This document shows positions 40,456 to 53,935 of a stretch of DNA of 64,000 bases, in pieces; position 1 is the first letter of the stretch; the number at the start of each line of letters is the position of its first letter. The position numbers and the translations under genes are program-made. The notes under the pieces were generated by a model, which did no database searches, was not told the origin of the DNA, and worked only from the letters and a program-made list of their open reading frames with translations. Source of the stretch: Octopus sinensis (lineage: Eukaryota); assembly GCF_006345805.1 (NCBI RefSeq), contig NC_043010.1, positions 52,452,001 to 52,516,000 of the forward strand, written 5' to 3'.

Positions 40456-41969
40456 TGTGTGTGTGGCGCATGTGTGTATACTTACAAACACATTTGCAGA
40501 CACATACATATAAACACAAAAATACATATGCATATATACGAACAGGTGCAGGAGTGGCTGTGTGGTAAGTAGCTTGTTTACCAGCCACATGCTTCTGGGT
40601 TCAGTCCCACTGCGTGGCACCTTGGGCAAGTGTCTTCTACTATAGCCTCAGGCCAACCAAAGCCTTGTGAGTGGATTTGGTAGATGGAAACTGAAAGAAG
40701 CCCATCGTATATATATATATATATATATATATATGCGTGTGTGTGTTTGTGTGAGTGTGTTTGTCCCCCTAGCATTGCTTGACAACCGATGCTGGTGTGT
40801 TTATGTCCCCGTTATTTAGCAGTTCGGCAAAAGAGACTGATAGAATAAGTACTGGGCTTAAAAAAGAATAAGTCCTGGGGTCGAATTGCTCGATTAAAGG
40901 CGGTGCTCCAGCATGGCCGTAGTCGAATGACTGAAACAAGTAAAAGAGTATATATACACATGGCTGTATATACACATAGATTCATGTGTATATTTTTGCA
41001 GGTGCTTGTCGGTAGATATACGTATCTAAACCACATATATTTGTGTGTGTGTATATATATATATATATATACACACTCTTTTATCTTTTATTTGTTACAG
41101 TCATTTGACTAGCCATGCTGGAGCACCGCCTTTAATCAAAAAAATTGACGCCAGGACTTATTCTTTGTAAGCCTAGTACTTATTCTATTGATCTCTTTTG
41201 CCGAACCGCTAAGTTACGGGGATGCAAACACACCATTGGTGAATTTGGGAGGACAAACACAAACGCATAAACACATATACACATACATCTATATATATAG
41301 ATAGATATATACGACAGGCTTCTTTCAGTTTCTATCTACCAAATCCACTCACAAGGCTTTGGTCGGCCCGAGGTTATACTAGAAGACACATGCCCAATGT
41401 GCCACACAGTGGGAATGAACCCAGAACCATGTGGTTGGTAAGCAAGCTACTTACCACACAGCCACTCCTGTTTTGGCTCGCAATTTTGGCTGATTAATCT
41501 TGAGATTGCTCCAATCTGGCCAGCCCCCTGTGTGGTAAGAAGCTTGCTTACCAACCACATGGTTTCAGGTTCAGTATCACTGAGTGGCACGCTGGGCAAG
41601 TGTCTTCTACTATAACCTCAGGCTGACCAAACCCTTGCAAGTGGATTTGGTAGACGGAAACTGAAAGAAGCCCGTCGTATATATGTGTACATATATGTGT
41701 GTATGTGTGTTTATATGCGTGTGTGTGTATGTGTGTGTGTGTATGTGTGTGTGTGTGTGTATGTGCGTGTGTTTGTCCCCCCCCCCCAACATTACTTGAC
41801 AACCGATACTGGTGTCTTTACGTCCCCATAACTCAGCAATTCAGCAAATACTAGGTTTACAAAGAATAAGTCCTGTGGTCGATTTGCTCAACTAAAGGAC
41901 GTGCTCCAGCATGGCCACAGTCACATGACTGATACAAATAAAAGAATATATATATACATACATACATAC

Positions 41970-42018
<49 letters not shown>

Positions 42019-42021
42019 ATA

Positions 42022-42300
42022 TAAGGTTGAGTCAAAAAGTAATGCCATATTGTTTAGGACAGTTATAATCACCAACACAGGAACATGTATCATACATCAA
42101 AATGAAGCTGGGCCTCTGTGGATCACATCCCTACTTCTCAACATAGTCACCATTTCTCTCAATAGCAACGTTCCACCTTCAAATGAGAGCATGTATCCCT
42201 GCCCCGTAAAATTCTGTTGACTGTTCTTTGAGCCAGTTCTTCACTACAGTTTTCACTTCCTCATCACTGGAATAATGTTTACCTCTAAAACCCTCTTTCA
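42022..42300. mobile_element. Mariner fragment
   Basis: TIR-like AAGGTTGAGTCAAAAAGTAATGC followed by mariner C-terminus-like sequence. Confidence 0.5.
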
Positions 42301-42370
42301 TTATGCCAGTGAGTGAACGTGTGTGAGTGAACGTGTGTGCTCATGCATGTGTGCATGTCTCTCTTTCTCC

Positions 42371-42429
<59 letters not shown>

Positions 42430-42491
42430 GCCAGTCTATGAACCCTCTTCTCTTCTTTATTGTAAAATGTATCTGTTTGCTACAGTTCTAA

Positions 42492-44109
42492 CCCTTTTAC
42501 TCTTTACTCTTTTACTTGTTTCAGTCATTTGACTGCATCCATGCTGGAGCACCACCTTTAATCAAGCAACTCGACCCCGGGACTTATTCTTTGTAAGCCC
42601 AGTACTTATTCTATCGGTCTCTTTTGCCGAACCGCTAAGTAATGGGCACATAAACACACCAGCATCGGTTGTCAAGCAATGCTAAGGGGACAAACACAGA
42701 CACACAAACACACAGACACATACACATATATACATATATACGACGGGCTTCTTTCAGTTTCCGTCTACCAAATCCACTCACAAGGCTTTGGTCAGCCCGA
42801 AGCTATTGTAGAAGACACTTGCCCAAGGTGCCACGCAGTGGGACTGAACCCAGAACCATGTGGTTGGTTAGCAAGCTACTTACCACACAGCCACTCCTGC
42901 GCTTTTTGTTACCAACTGGGCTGAAACCAGCTCTGGCTCTGAGTACAAATGTTTTCTTTCATAGGTTTTGAATTAAAATCTTCCACCAAACCTTAGTCAT
43001 AATTTATGTTCCTAACACTAGCTTAATGATAACTAAGTTATTTTACTAAATTCTTTGTTATATTTCAAGTAATTGAAAGAAACACAGAGCATCTCAAAGT
43101 AAATACAGTAATGAAAGAGGATCTTTTCATTTTGATGGCCAAATTTTTCAGATTTTTCTAGTTAATTAAATAATTTGAAACTTCGTATACTGGTAGAGTG
43201 TCTCAAAAGAAAACACTAATTTCAACTTGTTTTTTTGAGAAAAATGTATTTTATAAGTTTAAATGTAGTTTAAATCTGCGAATTTTAACCAATGAAATCC
43301 CGGCATTGCTGCGTTATCGATATTGATAAAGAAATATAGCAGACGCACGACACACACACACACACACACACACTCTCTCTCAAACACATGCATATACATT
43401 TGCACAAGCACATAGTAATTAATATATAAGCGTACACACACATACAAACGGACATATACATACACACACAAGCATACATTACACATTTGTGTTTTGCCAC
43501 TTGCCGCAACAAATTTGCACAAAAGGTAAATAAACCAGAAGGGTGGGGGGGTCAATGTTTCATCGTTTCGGGGTTGATAAATTAAGTACTAATTACGCAC
43601 TGGTGTTGAGGATTTTTTTCCCAATTTATATCACAGCCTCCGACAAGCTGGGGCATCCTTTTATGAAAAAATATTTCGCAAAGTTTTACAATATAACCTA
43701 CACTCCACGTGCACCCTCTAGACCGATTTAGGCATATTATTGTTTTGTTTTTGTTGTTTTTGGCCCTTCCAAACCATCGGAGAAGCCTTTTCGGTAAAAA
43801 AAATAAAGAAAATATTCAAAAAATATCGTTAATATTTTTATTGGGCGATGAAATTAATCGATTTAAGAGATATAGCTGTTATTTCTAGCACATGTAGAAG
43901 ATAGAAGAAGAGGTAAACATTTTGAGCTCGAATGCTGCGATTTCATTGGTTAAAATTCTTAGAATGTTTTAGTTACGAATTACAATTTTGTTTTCAATTT
44001 TATTTACAATAATGTTTTCTTTTGACACATTCTACCAGTATACGAAGTTTCAAATTGTTTAGTTAACTAGGAAAATTTGGCCATCAAAATGAAAAGATCC
44101 ATGAAAGGG
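42492..44109. mobile_element. piggyBac-like (CCCTTT...AAAGGG/TTAA) MITE carrying two nested insertions
   Basis: TAA|CCCTTT at 42492 and AAAGGG|TTAA at 44109. It contains a SINE (42495-42902) and a GGATC-TIR element. Confidence 0.6.
43119..44100. mobile_element. GGATC-TIR MITE with 8-bp TSD (Merlin-like)
   Basis: GGATCTTTTCATTTTGATGGCC...GGCCATCAAAATGAAAAGATCC, flanked by ATGAAAGA and ATGAAAGG. Confidence 0.8.
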
Positions 44110-44312
44110 TTAAGAGATGAGGAATTATGTACATTATTTACATTGTTTACATTATTTACATTCAACAACAAACAAGATGAGGACAAATATCCGTCAAATG
44201 TAAATAATGTAAATATCTTGTTACTTTTGTTGATTTTGTTGTTATACTTGTTTAAGCAAGTCACTTAATTTTTTTTTTTTTATCTATGTTTTTAACAGAG
44301 ATTTTTTTTAAA

Positions 44313-45035
44313 ATGGGATCTGCAATATTTTGTTGTCGCCGAACTGATGAAGAAATGATTCCATATCATGACAAAGACACCCCAAAGGTGGTAGTTTATT
44401 CCTTGGAGGTGAAGGATGAAAAGACGAAAAAACATAAAAAGAAAAAGAAGAAAAAACATGATCATGGTTCAAGTAGCAGTGATGGAAGCAGTAGTGAATA
44501 CAGTGAGGAGGAGGAGAGAGAGAGATGGGAAAGAGAGAGATGGGAAAGAGAGAGATGGGAAACAGCGAGAGAGGATAGAGAGATATGGGAAGAGAATAAA
44601 GAGAGATGGGAAAGAGAGAGAGAGGAGAGAGAGGAGAGAGAGAAAGAGGAGGAGGAGAAAGAGAAAGAGGAGGAGGAGAAAGTGAAAGAGGAGGAGGAAG
44701 AGAAAGAGGAGGAAGAGGTGGAGCAGGAGGCAGCGGAAGAGGTGGAGGAGGAGGCAGCGGAAGAGGTGGAGGAGGAGGCAGCAGAAGAGGTGGAGGAGGA
44801 GGCAGCGGAAGAGGAGGAGGAGGAGGCAGCGGAAGAGGAGGAGGAGGAGGCAGCGGAAGAGGAGGAGGAGGAGGCAGCGGAAGAGGAGGAGGAGGAGAGG
44901 CAGAGGAAGAGGAGGAGGAGGAGGCAGAGGAAGAGGAGGAGGAAGAAGAAGAAGAAGAAGTGGAGGAGGAGGAGGAGGGTGGTGATTAAAGTGCGCATAC
45001 TGATTTGGCTAAAATTACTAAAACCGGAAATATAA
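44313..45035 (+). CDS. Orphan CCRR/poly-Lys/Glu-rich protein (paralog B1); probable true end GGD* at 44989
   Basis: Acceptor ttttaacag| at 44298, then AAAATGG start. It encodes MGSAIFCCRRTDEEMIPYHDKDTPK...KKHKKKKKKKH...(ERWER)n...(EEEEAA)n. The N-terminus and flanks are homologous to 55699-56211. Confidence 0.75.
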   Translation: MGSAIFCCRRTDEEMIPYHDKDTPKVVVYSLEVKDEKTKKHKKKKKKKHDHGSSSSDGSSSEYSEEEERERWERERWERERWETAREDREIWEENKERWEREREEREEREKEEEEKEKEEEEKVKEEEEEKEEEEVEQEAAEEVEEEAAEEVEEEAAEEVEEEAAEEEEEEAAEEEEEEAAEEEEEEAAEEEEEERQRKRRRRRQRKRRRKKKKKKWRRRRRVVIKVRILIWLKLLKPEI

Positions 45036-45063
45036 AATCGCTATATGTCTGGTTTGTATTTGG

Positions 45064-45737
45064 GGATCTTTTCCTTTTGAACAGCACATGTCAACACGAT
45101 TTCTAATTAACTAAACACTTTAAAACTTTGTATACTGGTAGAATGTGTCAAAATAAAATATTTTTTTCTCTTGGTTTTCTTGATAAAATTGTAATTTGTT
45201 TGTTTAATGTAGTTTAATTTTTCGAATTTTAACCAATGAATTGCCTCTAATTGAGCTAAAACCATTTGCTGCGTCTAAAACTGAGACAACATCCTGTCAC
45301 TAACCCTAAACCTCACCCTAACCCTGACCCTAAATTTTTTTTTCTTAATTGTTAATTTTATACACACGCTTTCCGTATACGTACAGAAAGCGTGTGTATA
45401 AAATTATAGAATTATTTTGTTTGTTAATTGTTTAAATTATTTTCCATTGCTTTCGTTTTAGCCTTTTGTTTTTTTTACACACGCGTAACAATTAAATTAA
45501 TTTAACAATTAAGAAAAACAATTTAGACGCAGCAAATGATTTTAGCTCAATTAGAGGCGATTCATTGGTTAAAATTTGAAAAATTAAACTACGTTAAACA
45601 AACGAATTACAATTTTATCAAGAAAGCCAAGAGAAAAAAATATTTTATTTTGACACATTCTACCAGTATACGAAGTTTCAAAGTGTTTAGTTAACTAGAA
45701 ATTGTGTTGAAAAGTGCCGTTCAAAAGGAAAAGATCT
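45064..45737. mobile_element. GGATC-TIR MITE with perfect 8-bp TSD and internal CCCTAA repeats, in the B1 3' UTR
   Basis: TSD GTATTTGG at 45056-45063 and 45738-45745, with inverted arms of about 220 bp. It is absent from the paralogous B2 flank. Confidence 0.9.
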
Positions 45738-46720
45738 GTATTTGGTTTGGTTTGTGATATCGACAATGTCTCAAATGGCGATGAGAGGAATTTGAGAAAT
45801 CTGACTGACTAATTAACAGAATGATTAATGAAACAGTCGATTATTTAATTGATTACATAGTGGACCAATTAACAAATAAATAACAAAGGACTGAAATGGA
45901 ACCAGTGCATGTATTTATTATTGGCGTAATGACCCGCCCAATATATAACAAAAGACAATAACTAACCACCTGATAAATACTCTTTTCTAAATGAAATTAT
46001 TATAATAAAACATTTAGAATTACAATTCTTTTATTTATTCTTACTGGTTTCATTCAAAAGACAGGGGCCATCCAAACCAAAATCTTGAAAAACTTCAGAG
46101 AACTATATCAACAACAAAATGTAAATTGGCCTAGGTTTTTTTTTTATTGATCGCTATTTATCGAATGACTACGTTCAATCAGTGAGTCACACTTCTATAG
46201 AGACGTAAATGCCACAGTGAATCTCTGCTTTTGTTCGCAAGCTCATACACACATGTATGTATGTATGTATGTATGTATATGTATATATAAAGTGCATGGG
46301 GTGATATTTGACGACACTTAATTATCCGTATATTAGATTTTTTTAAAAAATTTCTTTTTGAATCCCTTAATAGCAAATTAAATGTTAACACAAGAAATGT
46401 ACAGACATACAATAATAAAAAAAAAACAATGATTTATTTTATTTTCCATGAAGGTGATGGATGAGAGGAGAAATGCAACGACATTATAAAGCATGAATGT
46501 TTATGCTCTTACTTTCTTTACTCTTTTACTTGTTTCAGTCATTGACTGTGGCCATGCTGGAGCACTGCCTTTAGTCGAGCAAATCAACCCCAGGACTTAT
46601 TCTTTGTAAGCCTAGTACTTATTCTATCATGCCCTTTTGCCAAACTGCTAATTTTGGAGACATAAACACACCAGCATAGGTAATCAAGCGATGTTGGTGG
46701 GGACAAACACAGACACACAA

Positions 46721-46751
<31 letters not shown>

Positions 46752-47171
46752 CTTATATCCACTCACAAGGCTTTGGTTGGCTTCAGGCTATAGTAGAAGA
46801 CACTTGCCCAAGGTGTCACACAGTGGGACTGAACCCAGAACCATGTGGTTGGTAAGGAAGCTACTTATCACACAGCCACTCCTGTGCCTATATACAATAA
46901 AATGATAAAATATGGTATCAAATATAACAAAGAAGATATACTTAGTACACATCAGTGATGATGACAATGTTATCCTGATACTCAAGGACTTTGAGGGATA
47001 ATTGTAGAACTACATGAACCAAGATCTCCCGGAACAATGTGGGGAAAGTTTCTTCTTCAGTTTCTGACCTCCGAATCACAGCTTCAAACTTAGGGTGATA
47101 CCATCCATTCTCAGCATTTTTGAAGCTTACAAACATTCTAAACTTTCAGACACTATAAAGACGCTGCAATA

Positions 47172-47211
<40 letters not shown>

Positions 47212-47237
47212 GTCATAATAATAATAGCTGATTTTAA

Positions 47238-48563
47238 CCTAGCTCAGATACCAGGAAACCCCAAAATGGCAGAAATTCAAAAGATAATGCTCATGGGAAC
47301 TGCTCATATCCTACGCAAAATACTTTCTATGTAATCTCAAGTTTTAAAACAAACACATAATTTTTTTATGGTTTCTTAAACATTCTCTAGAACAACACTA
47401 TGTACAAAACCAAATACATGACACCCTAGGCATAATACCAACATGAACTTCTAGCTTGTTGTCACTTGAGGTCTCTGGGTGAGACTTGGAGCCAACTTGT
47501 ACAAATGTAAAGCAAAAATCAAACATAAAATAATAATAATACTAATACTAATAATAATAATAATAATAATATTAATAATAATAAACACCCTGATGCAGTA
47601 CCAGGCAGTGGCTAAGCCCTGATGCAGTACCAAGCAGTGGCTCTCATGGCATCTGATCTTAACTGATTGGAAGCGTTATCATGTACATTGTTTTGTCTTG
47701 GTATAAAAGTTGGGCTACAGCAAATATTCTGCTCAATACCACAGATTTGCTTGTCAGTTGTTTGACCTTAACCAGTTGAGCATGTCTCTTAGTGGCTGAC
47801 GATATGTGCATCTTTGATCATGAGCAGAAGTAGTGGGGGAGCATCATAGCCATGTGTTGAGATGGATTCTTTGGGGTTTGAACAATTCACCTCTGGAAAC
47901 GGGTGTTTCGTTCAACATCCTTAAACAGCGCTTATTCAGGGACCTTTTTAGCAGGGTGGGTTACTCAACCAGAAGAATATTCTAACTGGGCCCCACCTGC
48001 AAGGTCATGTGCTGCTTATCTTGATATGAGATCACCATATCACACTCATATGGTTGTGATGCATATGCCTAGTGTACCCTTATCAGACGGGTAGCCATGA
48101 TGAGTATACTGGGCTTCATATATTTGTACCCCAGCGTCACTTTGATGGCATGCACTGCTCTCTCACATAATAATAATAATAATAAATGAGCAATATGTAG
48201 AACATGAAAACTAAAACAATATCTGTTGTCATAGGTGCCCTGGAAATGATAGCAAAAGGGGCTGATTGCTCCCTAACTCAGATACCAGGAAACACCAAAA
48301 TGGCAGAAATTTAAAAGATAGTGCTCATGGGAACTGCCCATATCCTACATAAAATACTGTCTATGTAATCTCAAATTTTAAAACAAACACATAATTTTCA
48401 TATGTTTTTTTTAAACATTCTCTAGAACAACACTATATACAAAACCAAATATATGGCACCCTAGGCATAACACCAACATGAACTTCCAACTTGTTGTCTC
48501 TTGAAGTTTCTGGGTGAGACTTGGAGCCAACTTGTATAAATGTAAAGCAGAAGTCAAACATAA

Positions 48564-48565
<2 letters not shown>
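47238..48565. mobile_element. Dong/R4-like 3' ends in (TAA)n tracts plus an interspersed repeat
   Basis: Twice encodes QIPGNPKMAEIQKI.LMGTAHILRKILSM-like ends. The same sequence occurs at 63177-63525. Confidence 0.8.
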
Positions 48566-48602
<37 letters not shown>

Positions 48603-48837
48603 TATAATAATAGTGATCATAATAATTCTTACTTTTATTGGCCACAAGGGCCGAACACAAAAACAATTAGGGACCATACAATACAATGGACAAGCAGAGT
48701 ATTGAACAATACCGTGTATACAACAACTAACAATAAACAATTAACAAAACAGTTCTATATTTAAGAGATGAGGAATTATGTGCATTATTTACATTATTTA
48801 CTTTCGACAGATTTGTCCTCATCTTGTTTGTTGAAAT

Positions 48838-49096
48838 GGGCATATGGTGTAGTGGTTAAGAGCACAGGCTACTAACCCCAAGATTCCGAGTTCGATTCCT
48901 AGCAGTGACCTGAATACTAACAATAATAATAATACTAATAATAATGATGATGATGATAATAACATCCAAAAAATACCTTAGGAAAGAGAACCCAGGTTCG
49001 AAATTTCCTGATGAATGCTGGAGGGTATATCATCCAAAACATTGTGTTATCATCAAACAAGATGAGGACAAATATCCATCAATTGTAAATAATGTA
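48838..49096 (+). mobile_element. Second tRNA-headed hammerhead-like element
   Basis: Homologous to 12981-13279, with CTGATGA at 49008. Confidence 0.6.
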
Positions 49097-50019
49097 ATTA
49101 ACAAAACAGTTAAACAATAAGAAATTCCCTAAAGTGGGAAGTTCCACATGGGGACAACCGAGGAACCCCACACATTCTGGTTATCCTGACTACAAGATGC
49201 GCTTCAGCAGGTGCCTTTCTCCTTCGCAATTCCTCCAGTTTACAAGCGAAAGTTCAGTGTAGCTTCATTCACACAGGCCATCGTTGCCACATTCACTCAC
49301 CTTTCAACAAATTTACTGGGGTGGCAGGGTAGAACTTCCCTCTTTATTCTCACTTTCCTTTTTCAAGAGGAACTTGTGAATGTCGATGATGATGATGATG
49401 GGGGGAGGGGGGCCTAACAATAAAATAATTATAATGTTAATGATAAGAATGATAATAATTATGATAATAATCAATAATTTTAATACGCCAACTTTTTGAT
49501 TTTGTACGTACGTACCTGTGGTGTGTGTCACGCTTCAAAGGAAGAGGTACAAAAAGGTGAAGGGGGAGGTACAAAGAAAAAGAGAAATAAAAGGTATTAA
49601 GCAGAGGAGGTATTGTTGAGGTGGGTGAAGAAAGGGGAGGGACAGAAGCAGAGGAAGTATAGTTGAAGTGAGAGGCTAAGAGGAAAAAGTAAGATAGAGT
49701 GAAAGAGACAGAGGGGGGAGATTGATAGCACGGAGAAGTAAGAGAATATACCACGTTAAAAGGAGGAGGACAATTGGAAGCAAGAAGACATAGAAGAGGG
49801 AGGAGAAAAGAGAGAGATTTAGAGAGATAGATTGAGTGAAGGAAGGGAGTAGATAAAGAATAATAATGAAAGACAATGGAACCATTTTCATATGGAAAAT
49901 GCTGGAAAACTTTTCGTTTTCGACGATATACGATAAAGCCGATATATGATAATTGCAAAAAGAAATGTCTCTCTATCTATCTGTGTGACAGTTATTCTGT
50001 CTGACAGAGGGAGCTCTGT

Positions 50020-50058
<39 letters not shown>

Positions 50059-50059
50059 A

Positions 50060-51000
50060 ATATATTTCTTTATTGCCCACAAGGGGCTAAACATAGAGAG
50101 GGCAAACAAGGACAGACAAAGGGATTAAGTCGATTACATCGACCCCAGTGCGAAACTGGTACTTTTATTTATCGACCCCGAAAGGATGAAAGGCAAAGTC
50201 GACCTCGGCGGAATTTGAACTCAGAACGTAACGACAGACGAAATACCGCTAAGCATTCCGCCCGGTGCGCTAACGTGTCTGCCACCTCGCCGCAAATAGC
50301 TGTGAGTGTTACTGTTACTTTTCTATAGTTGAAGATAGAGGTAAAATGTTTATCAGTATTTTCAGAGTAGACTGATGCATACATCGAAACTGAAGTAGAT
50401 ACATAGATCAAAATGAAAGTAGGTACATACATAGATCGAAAGAAACGTAATACCTATTTCTTTACTACCCACAACGGGCTAAACACAGAGGGGATAAACA
50501 AGGACAGACAAATGGATTAAGTCGATTATATCGACCCCAGTGCGTAACTGGTACTTATTTAATTGACCCCGAAAGGATGAAAGGCAAAGTCGATCTCGGC
50601 GGAATTTGAACTCAGGACGTAACGGCAGACGAAATACCTATTTCTTTACTACCCACAAGGGGCTAAACATAGAGAGGATAAACAAGGACAGACACATGGA
50701 TTAAGTCGATTATATCGACCCCAGTGTGTAAGCGATACTTATTTAATCGACACCGAAAGGATGAAAGGCAAAGTTGACCTCGGTGGAATTTGAACTCAGG
50801 ACGTAGCGGCAGATGAAATACCGCTAAGCATTTCACCTGGCGTTCTAAAGCTTTCATATGCAGTATTTCTTTACTACCCACAAGGGGCTAAACACAGAGA
50901 AGACAAACAAGGACAGAGAAACGGATTAAGTCGATTATATCGACCTCAGTGTGTTACTGGTACTTAATTTATCGACCCCGAATAAATGAAAGACAAAGTC
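50060..51000 (-). mobile_element. Cluster/array of Meta-domain-like SINE units
   Basis: About four reverse-complement units. Confidence 0.8.
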
Positions 51001-52883
51001 ATGGATGACATAAAGCTTTATGCGAAAAATGAGAAACAGCTGAGAAGTCTTGTACATACTGTTTGCAATTTTCAAATGATGTAGGAATGGAATTCGGGTT
51101 TGAAAAGTACGCTATGCTATTTGTTAATGAAATAAGGAAAATTTGAAGCAAGTCTGGGAATTGAGATGCCAAATGGGCAAACAGTGAAAGCAGTTGTGAA
51201 AAGACAGCGTTATAAGCATTTATGAATACTGGAAGCATATGAAATAAAGCATGAAGAGATAAAGCAAAACACCAGTAGGGAGTTTTCAAGGAGAGTGAGA
51301 AAAATATTGCAGTCAAAGTTGAATTCAAAAAAACATATATTATTGAAGCAATAAATGCCAGAGAAGTACCGATAATCAGATATGAAGTTGGAATTGTAGA
51401 TTGAACCAAGAGCAACATGCAGAAACTTGACAGAAAAAAAAAACTAGAAAGCTATTGACAATGTATGGAGTCCTCTGTCCGAAAGCAGATATTAACTGGT
51501 TGTCTTTGAAGAAAGACCAGTGTGGAAGAGGTATTATTAGTGTGAAAGAGTGTAGATGGAAGCACTCCGTCGGTTACGACGATGAGGGTTCCGGTTGATC
51601 CGAATCAACGGAAGAGCCAGCTCGTGAAATTAACGTGTAAGTGGCTGAGCACTCCACAGACACGTGTACCCTTAACGTAGTTCTCGGGGACTTTCAGCGT
51701 GACACAGAGAGTGACAAGGCCGGCCCTTTGAAATACAGGTACAACAGAAACAGGAAGTAAGAGTGAGAGAAAGTTGTGGAGAAAGAGTACAGCAGGGATC
51801 ACCACCATCCCTGCCGGAGCCTCGTGGAGCTTTAGATGTTTACGCTCAATAAACACTCACACAACGCCCGGTCTGGGAATCGAAACCGCGAGTCCGCTGC
51901 CCTAACCACTGGGCCATTGTGCCTCCACGAAAGAGTGTAGACAGATGGAGAGAAAAAATAAAACCTTCTATAATTCTTACAGAACAACACGGAAAACTTA
52001 CAAAAGGCAATGACTATAGAACAGGTGAGCACAACCAGAAAAAGAGAAAAGGACAGAAATGAAATTAAAAGAGAACATGATAAACAGTTTTATGAGAAGC
52101 CTTTGCATGTTCAGTTTTGGAAAGACACCAAGAATGTATGTGGAACAAGATCCTGGCTTGGCTGAAAAACAGAAGCAGGAATCCTTATTATAACATCTCA
52201 AGATCAAGCACTGCGGACAAACAGCTTAAGAAAATATGTATATGGGGAAGTGTCGGTAAAATGCAGAGTATGTGGAATTTGGGATGAAACAATGGCACAC
52301 ATTGTTGCAAAATGTCCCAAGAATGATCAGGGAGAATATAAGAAATGGAGACATGATCAAGTTCTGAAAGTTTTACACTAGAAGCTTTGTCAGAAATGGT
52401 GGCTTGAAGCAAGACGTACTTGGTAGAATCATCGTGTAGAAAGAGGCTTTGAGACGCAAAAATGCAAATTTTCGAAGTCAAATGGATAAAAACATAAAAC
52501 ATAACAAGCTAGACATTACAATAACAGAGAAGGAAAATCGAATTTGTTTGCTGATTGATCCATCGTGTTCATTTCAACCTAGGATTGCGAAGAAAACAGA
52601 TGAAAGGCTAAAAATACAACCCCTTAAAATTTGAGAGTAAATGCAATACAAATAGTAATTGGTTCACTTCGAAGTATCAGCACTCAACTACGAACAAGGC
52701 TGAAAAGGATCGGTGAATAGGTGAAGGTAGAACACCTACAACAATCAGCGTTGCTTGGAGCTAAAAGAATTCTTTGCAGGGTTCTTCAAGCATGACCAGT
52801 AAACAAGTTTCACCTTAGTCTGCTGGCTGCGGACAGCTGAACACTTTCCATCATATCCAGCAAAATAAGCTGTGAAATTTTCT
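51001..52883 (+). mobile_element. Degenerate Dong/R4-like (RLE) LINE
   Basis: MDDIKLY RT motif, zinc-knuckle-like C..CG...ETMAHIVAKC, and KHNKLDI.I..K...CLLID. Interrupted by a SINE at 51557-51927 and ends at (TAA)n. Confidence 0.8.
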
Positions 52884-52894
52884 ATAATAATAAC

Positions 52895-52931
<37 letters not shown>

Positions 52932-53449
52932 TCTACATAGACATAAGGCCTGAAATTTATGGGGAGGGGACTACTCAATTATATCGAACCCAGTGTTTCT
53001 CTGGTACTTAATTTATCAATCCCGAAGGGATGAAAGGCAAAGTGGACCTCGGCGGAATTTGAACTCAGAACGTAGCGGCAGACGAAATACCGCTAAGCAT
53101 TTTGCTTGGCACGCTAATGATTCTGCCAGAAAATTGAAGGTAGTTGAGATCTTATACAACTAGAAAGCTGTTATAAAATATCCGTCATGGGACTACAGAA
53201 ATATCTAACTCAGAATCAAAGAAAACCGATCCAAATAGCTTGTGCAAAACAAAAAAACGTTTTCTGTCTTCAAGGAAGCCGAAAAATTCAAATCAAAGGT
53301 CATAATAGACTCTCAGTTCAGGAAATGCTCTTATAATTTTTATGTTACGTGCAAAATTAGGGTCATTATCAGTAAACATTTGCACATCTTTTTCTATCGG
53401 TGCCAAATATTCTTTGCAGTCAGTTTAAGTAAAGTGGGTGGAATTTCCA

Positions 53450-53935
53450 CATTCACATCTGTATTCTTAGAATGCTCTTGATCTAACAACATCAGTTCCT
53501 CATTAGATAAAATTTCTCTGTTAGACACTAGCAACACAAGCATATCACTCTATATGACCTTTTAACCCCTATATCATTTGCAAGTGTCACAATATCTTTC
53601 TAATTCGATGTAAACATTCTGCCAGTGGATACAGTCTGGCCAAATATTATTCCAAACACCTTTTAAAGTAGAGGATTTCACTTCATCCCAGACTCGACTA
53701 TGTTGTCCATGGCATCCGTCATGTTGAATTTTTTCCAGAATTGCTTTCATAAGTTGTTAGAAAGCTTTTCTCATATAACATGACTTTAAGTTAACTATCA
53801 CACATTGATACAATCGCTGGAGCAAAGCACTCGCATTCATGGTGATGTTTTCTACTCTAACATGGTCAGAAAGCTCATGTAAGTCCACTCAGTGGACTTA
53901 AATTGTTCAATGAAGAAAAGTATAGATTTATATGT
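53450..53935 (-). mobile_element. pogo/Tigger-like transposase fragment
   Basis: Minus-strand FWKKFNMTDAMDNI and LKGVWNNIWPDC-like peptides. Confidence 0.5.

Noticed and set aside
44286-44312. Upstream ATG of the 249-aa ORF call
   Set aside because: It lies in the polypyrimidine tract before the acceptor at 44298. Paralog comparison supports ATG 44313.
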